DNA of 64,000 nt from Deltaproteobacteria bacterium. GTDB lineage: Bacteria > Myxococcota_A > UBA796 > SXON01. The notes below the pieces were generated by a model. That model saw nothing but the letters and a program-made list of their open reading frames with translations, did not search any database and was not told where the DNA came from. Positions within the stretch are counted from its first letter, which is position 1, and each line of letters starts with the position of its first letter. The translations under genes and the position numbers were made by a program. This document shows positions 62,529 to 64,000 of this stretch, piece after piece. The stretch lies in NCBI GenBank assembly GCA_014191855.1, contig BJHF01000027.1:488-64487 (forward strand). Direction: 5' to 3'.

Positions 62529-63887
62529 TCAACCGGGGCTCACCGGCGTGGTTCCCGGGAGCGCGTCCACACGCTGGGTGTACAGAAAGAGCGCGCCAAG
62601 GTCCAGCTGGATGGACCACGGAGAAGCGCCGTCGAGCCGGCGCTCCTCGATCATCCCGGCGGCGGACCAGGTCACCACGAGACCGTCGTCGTCCAGCCAC
62701 GACACGTCGCCCATGATGTAGTCGAAGAAGGGCGGATTTGGGACGAACTCCCACGTCTCCACGATCTGGCCAGGCCGCGACTCGAAGTCCACGTCGTACA
62801 CCACCACCCGGCTTCCCTGCTCGACGTCGCGATTGTCGTGAACCGCGAGTCGACCGCCCCGGAAATCGAACTGGTGTTGGCCGGAGGGCGGAACGGTGCC
62901 GGCGGACACCTCGAAGCTTGGGTTGGGGCCGCCAAATTCATTAATCGGTCGCCAGGTTTCGGGATCCAGCTCAACCAGCGCGTTCAGGCCGCGCAAGCTC
63001 ACCCAGAGGGTTTTCCGATCCTCATTCCAGCGCAAGGCGTTCGCGTGGGTCCAGTCGGGAGGCGAGCGGAATGTGGAGTCCGGGGTGAAGTCGTCCCAGG
63101 CCGACCACAGTTGAGTCTCGCTCCCGTCGGTCTCCAGCGCGTAGAGCGTGTGTCCCGTGTAGACGGTGCCATCGACGGCTCGGTCGTCGGGCGCGAGGAA
63201 TAGGAGCCGACCATCCTCCAGTTCCAACAGATCGTGGGACGGGCCTTGCCCCTCGTGACCGAACGGGGAGACGTCCAGGAGCACGGTTCCGTCCCACGCC
63301 ACGGAGAGAATGCTTCCGGGCACCAATCCATCAAGGGACGGCGGCATCCGCAGCAGCCACAGGCCCAGGCCATCCCGCCGCAGGCAAGCGCGGCTGAAGT
63401 AGGAGCCCTCGGTCTGCCAATACCAGACCGGCTGGCCGTTCGGCGCGAGCACCACGACCGTTTGCAGCAGGGAGTTGGCGATCCCCGTGACCAGGTATCC
63501 GCCCCATGTGGCGGTCCCGTTCGTGGTGGTCAAGGACATTTCGGTGGGGCCCGCGGCCGTCGTGAATTCGGAGCGCGCAAGCAGCCCCTCTGTCTCATCG
63601 ACCAGCCGCGCGCTGAAGGTGTGGGACGGCCACAGCCCCAACACGGGTACATCCACGGCGTTCGGACCGTCCTGCCAATCGGTGACGAGCACCGGCACGT
63701 CGCCGTCGTCGATCTCCAAACGGGTGCGGCCTGAGAGCTCCGACGTCCACGAGGCGGTGTAGTACGTCACGACGTTCGCGTTGGGCGTGAGCGTGACGTC
63801 GCCGCGACTCACCAAGTCCTGACTTTCGACCTCCTGAGTGGATTCACAGCCGGACACCGCAGGGCCCATCAACGCGAGGATCAGCAT
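62529..63887 (-). CDS. lipoprotein, arylsulfotransferase (ASST)-like beta-propeller family
   Basis: MLILALMGPAVSGC is a lipobox. An N-terminal Fn3-like block is present. HDLLELEDGRLLFLA...WTHANALRW...LNALVELD... is an ASST-like pattern. Confidence 0.75.
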   Translation of the reverse strand: MLILALMGPAVSGCESTQEVESQDLVSRGDVTLTPNANVVTYYTASWTSELSGRTRLEIDDGDVPVLVTDWQDGPNAVDVPVLGLWPSHTFSARLVDETEGLLARSEFTTAAGPTEMSLTTTNGTATWGGYLVTGIANSLLQTVVVLAPNGQPVWYWQTEGSYFSRACLRRDGLGLWLLRMPPSLDGLVPGSILSVAWDGTVLLDVSPFGHEGQGPSHDLLELEDGRLLFLAPDDRAVDGTVYTGHTLYALETDGSETQLWSAWDDFTPDSTFRSPPDWTHANALRWNEDRKTLWVSLRGLNALVELDPETWRPINEFGGPNPSFEVSAGTVPPSGQHQFDFRGGRLAVHDNRDVEQGSRVVVYDVDFESRPGQIVETWEFVPNPPFFDYIMGDVSWLDDDGLVVTWSAAGMIEERRLDGASPWSIQLDLGALFLYTQRVDALPGTTPVSPG

Positions 63888-64000
63888 GGTGCGCTAACCT
63901 ACCGTGCCGCCGCCTTCGGCGCGCCGTGCAAGTACGTCAACTCTTCGACCCCCAAGAGGCGATCCCCCGCGCGAGCCGCCGCGAGCCATCGATTGTCCCG

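Overview
GC-rich chromosomal segment (codon third positions mostly G/C), densely coding on both strands. I call about 60 protein genes. I recognised no rRNA, tRNA, CRISPR array, transposase or integrase. The gene content suggests a Myxococcota-like or deltaproteobacterial genome: many lipoproteins, FecR-domain proteins, a Hanks kinase, GH57 glycogen enzymes and putative metal-binding beta-helix lipoproteins. This taxonomic placement is inference only.

Housekeeping genes: dnaE, purB, pfk, lgt, hrpB, a Mla/Mce-type lipid ABC transporter with two permeases, an AI-2E/PerM transporter, and a urate-to-ureidoglycolate cluster (puuD, allB, an alc-uraD fusion, uraH).

Loci most worth a second look:
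1. A minus-strand operon at 10.5-15.9 kb. It encodes a lipoprotein, an ECF-like sigma factor with a very long region2-region4 linker, a small protein, and a Ser/Thr kinase fused to a Lon-type S16 protease domain and a C-terminal CHASE2 sensor. It is divergent from a FecR / beta-helix lipoprotein pair.
2. A translationally coupled pair at 37.8-39.7 kb: an FtsH-like AAA+ ATPase lacking the M41 peptidase, followed by an M50 site-2 protease.
3. Three unusually long non-coding spacers between convergent genes (29.6-30.2 kb, 37.4-37.8 kb, 43.3-43.8 kb). They hold dispersed families of GC-rich palindromic (REP-like) elements placed 5-23 nt after stop codons, an AT-rich dif-like palindrome, and a roughly 240-nt inverted repeat carrying four GAGTCGAGTC motifs at a 31-nt period.
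4. Several apparent pseudoenzymes: a GH57 paralogue, a GalT-like protein and a GH1-like protein.

Many operons use 4-nt ATGA/GTGA stop-start overlaps. The ORF track also contains many long antisense ORFs that are artefacts of the high GC content; I rejected these.
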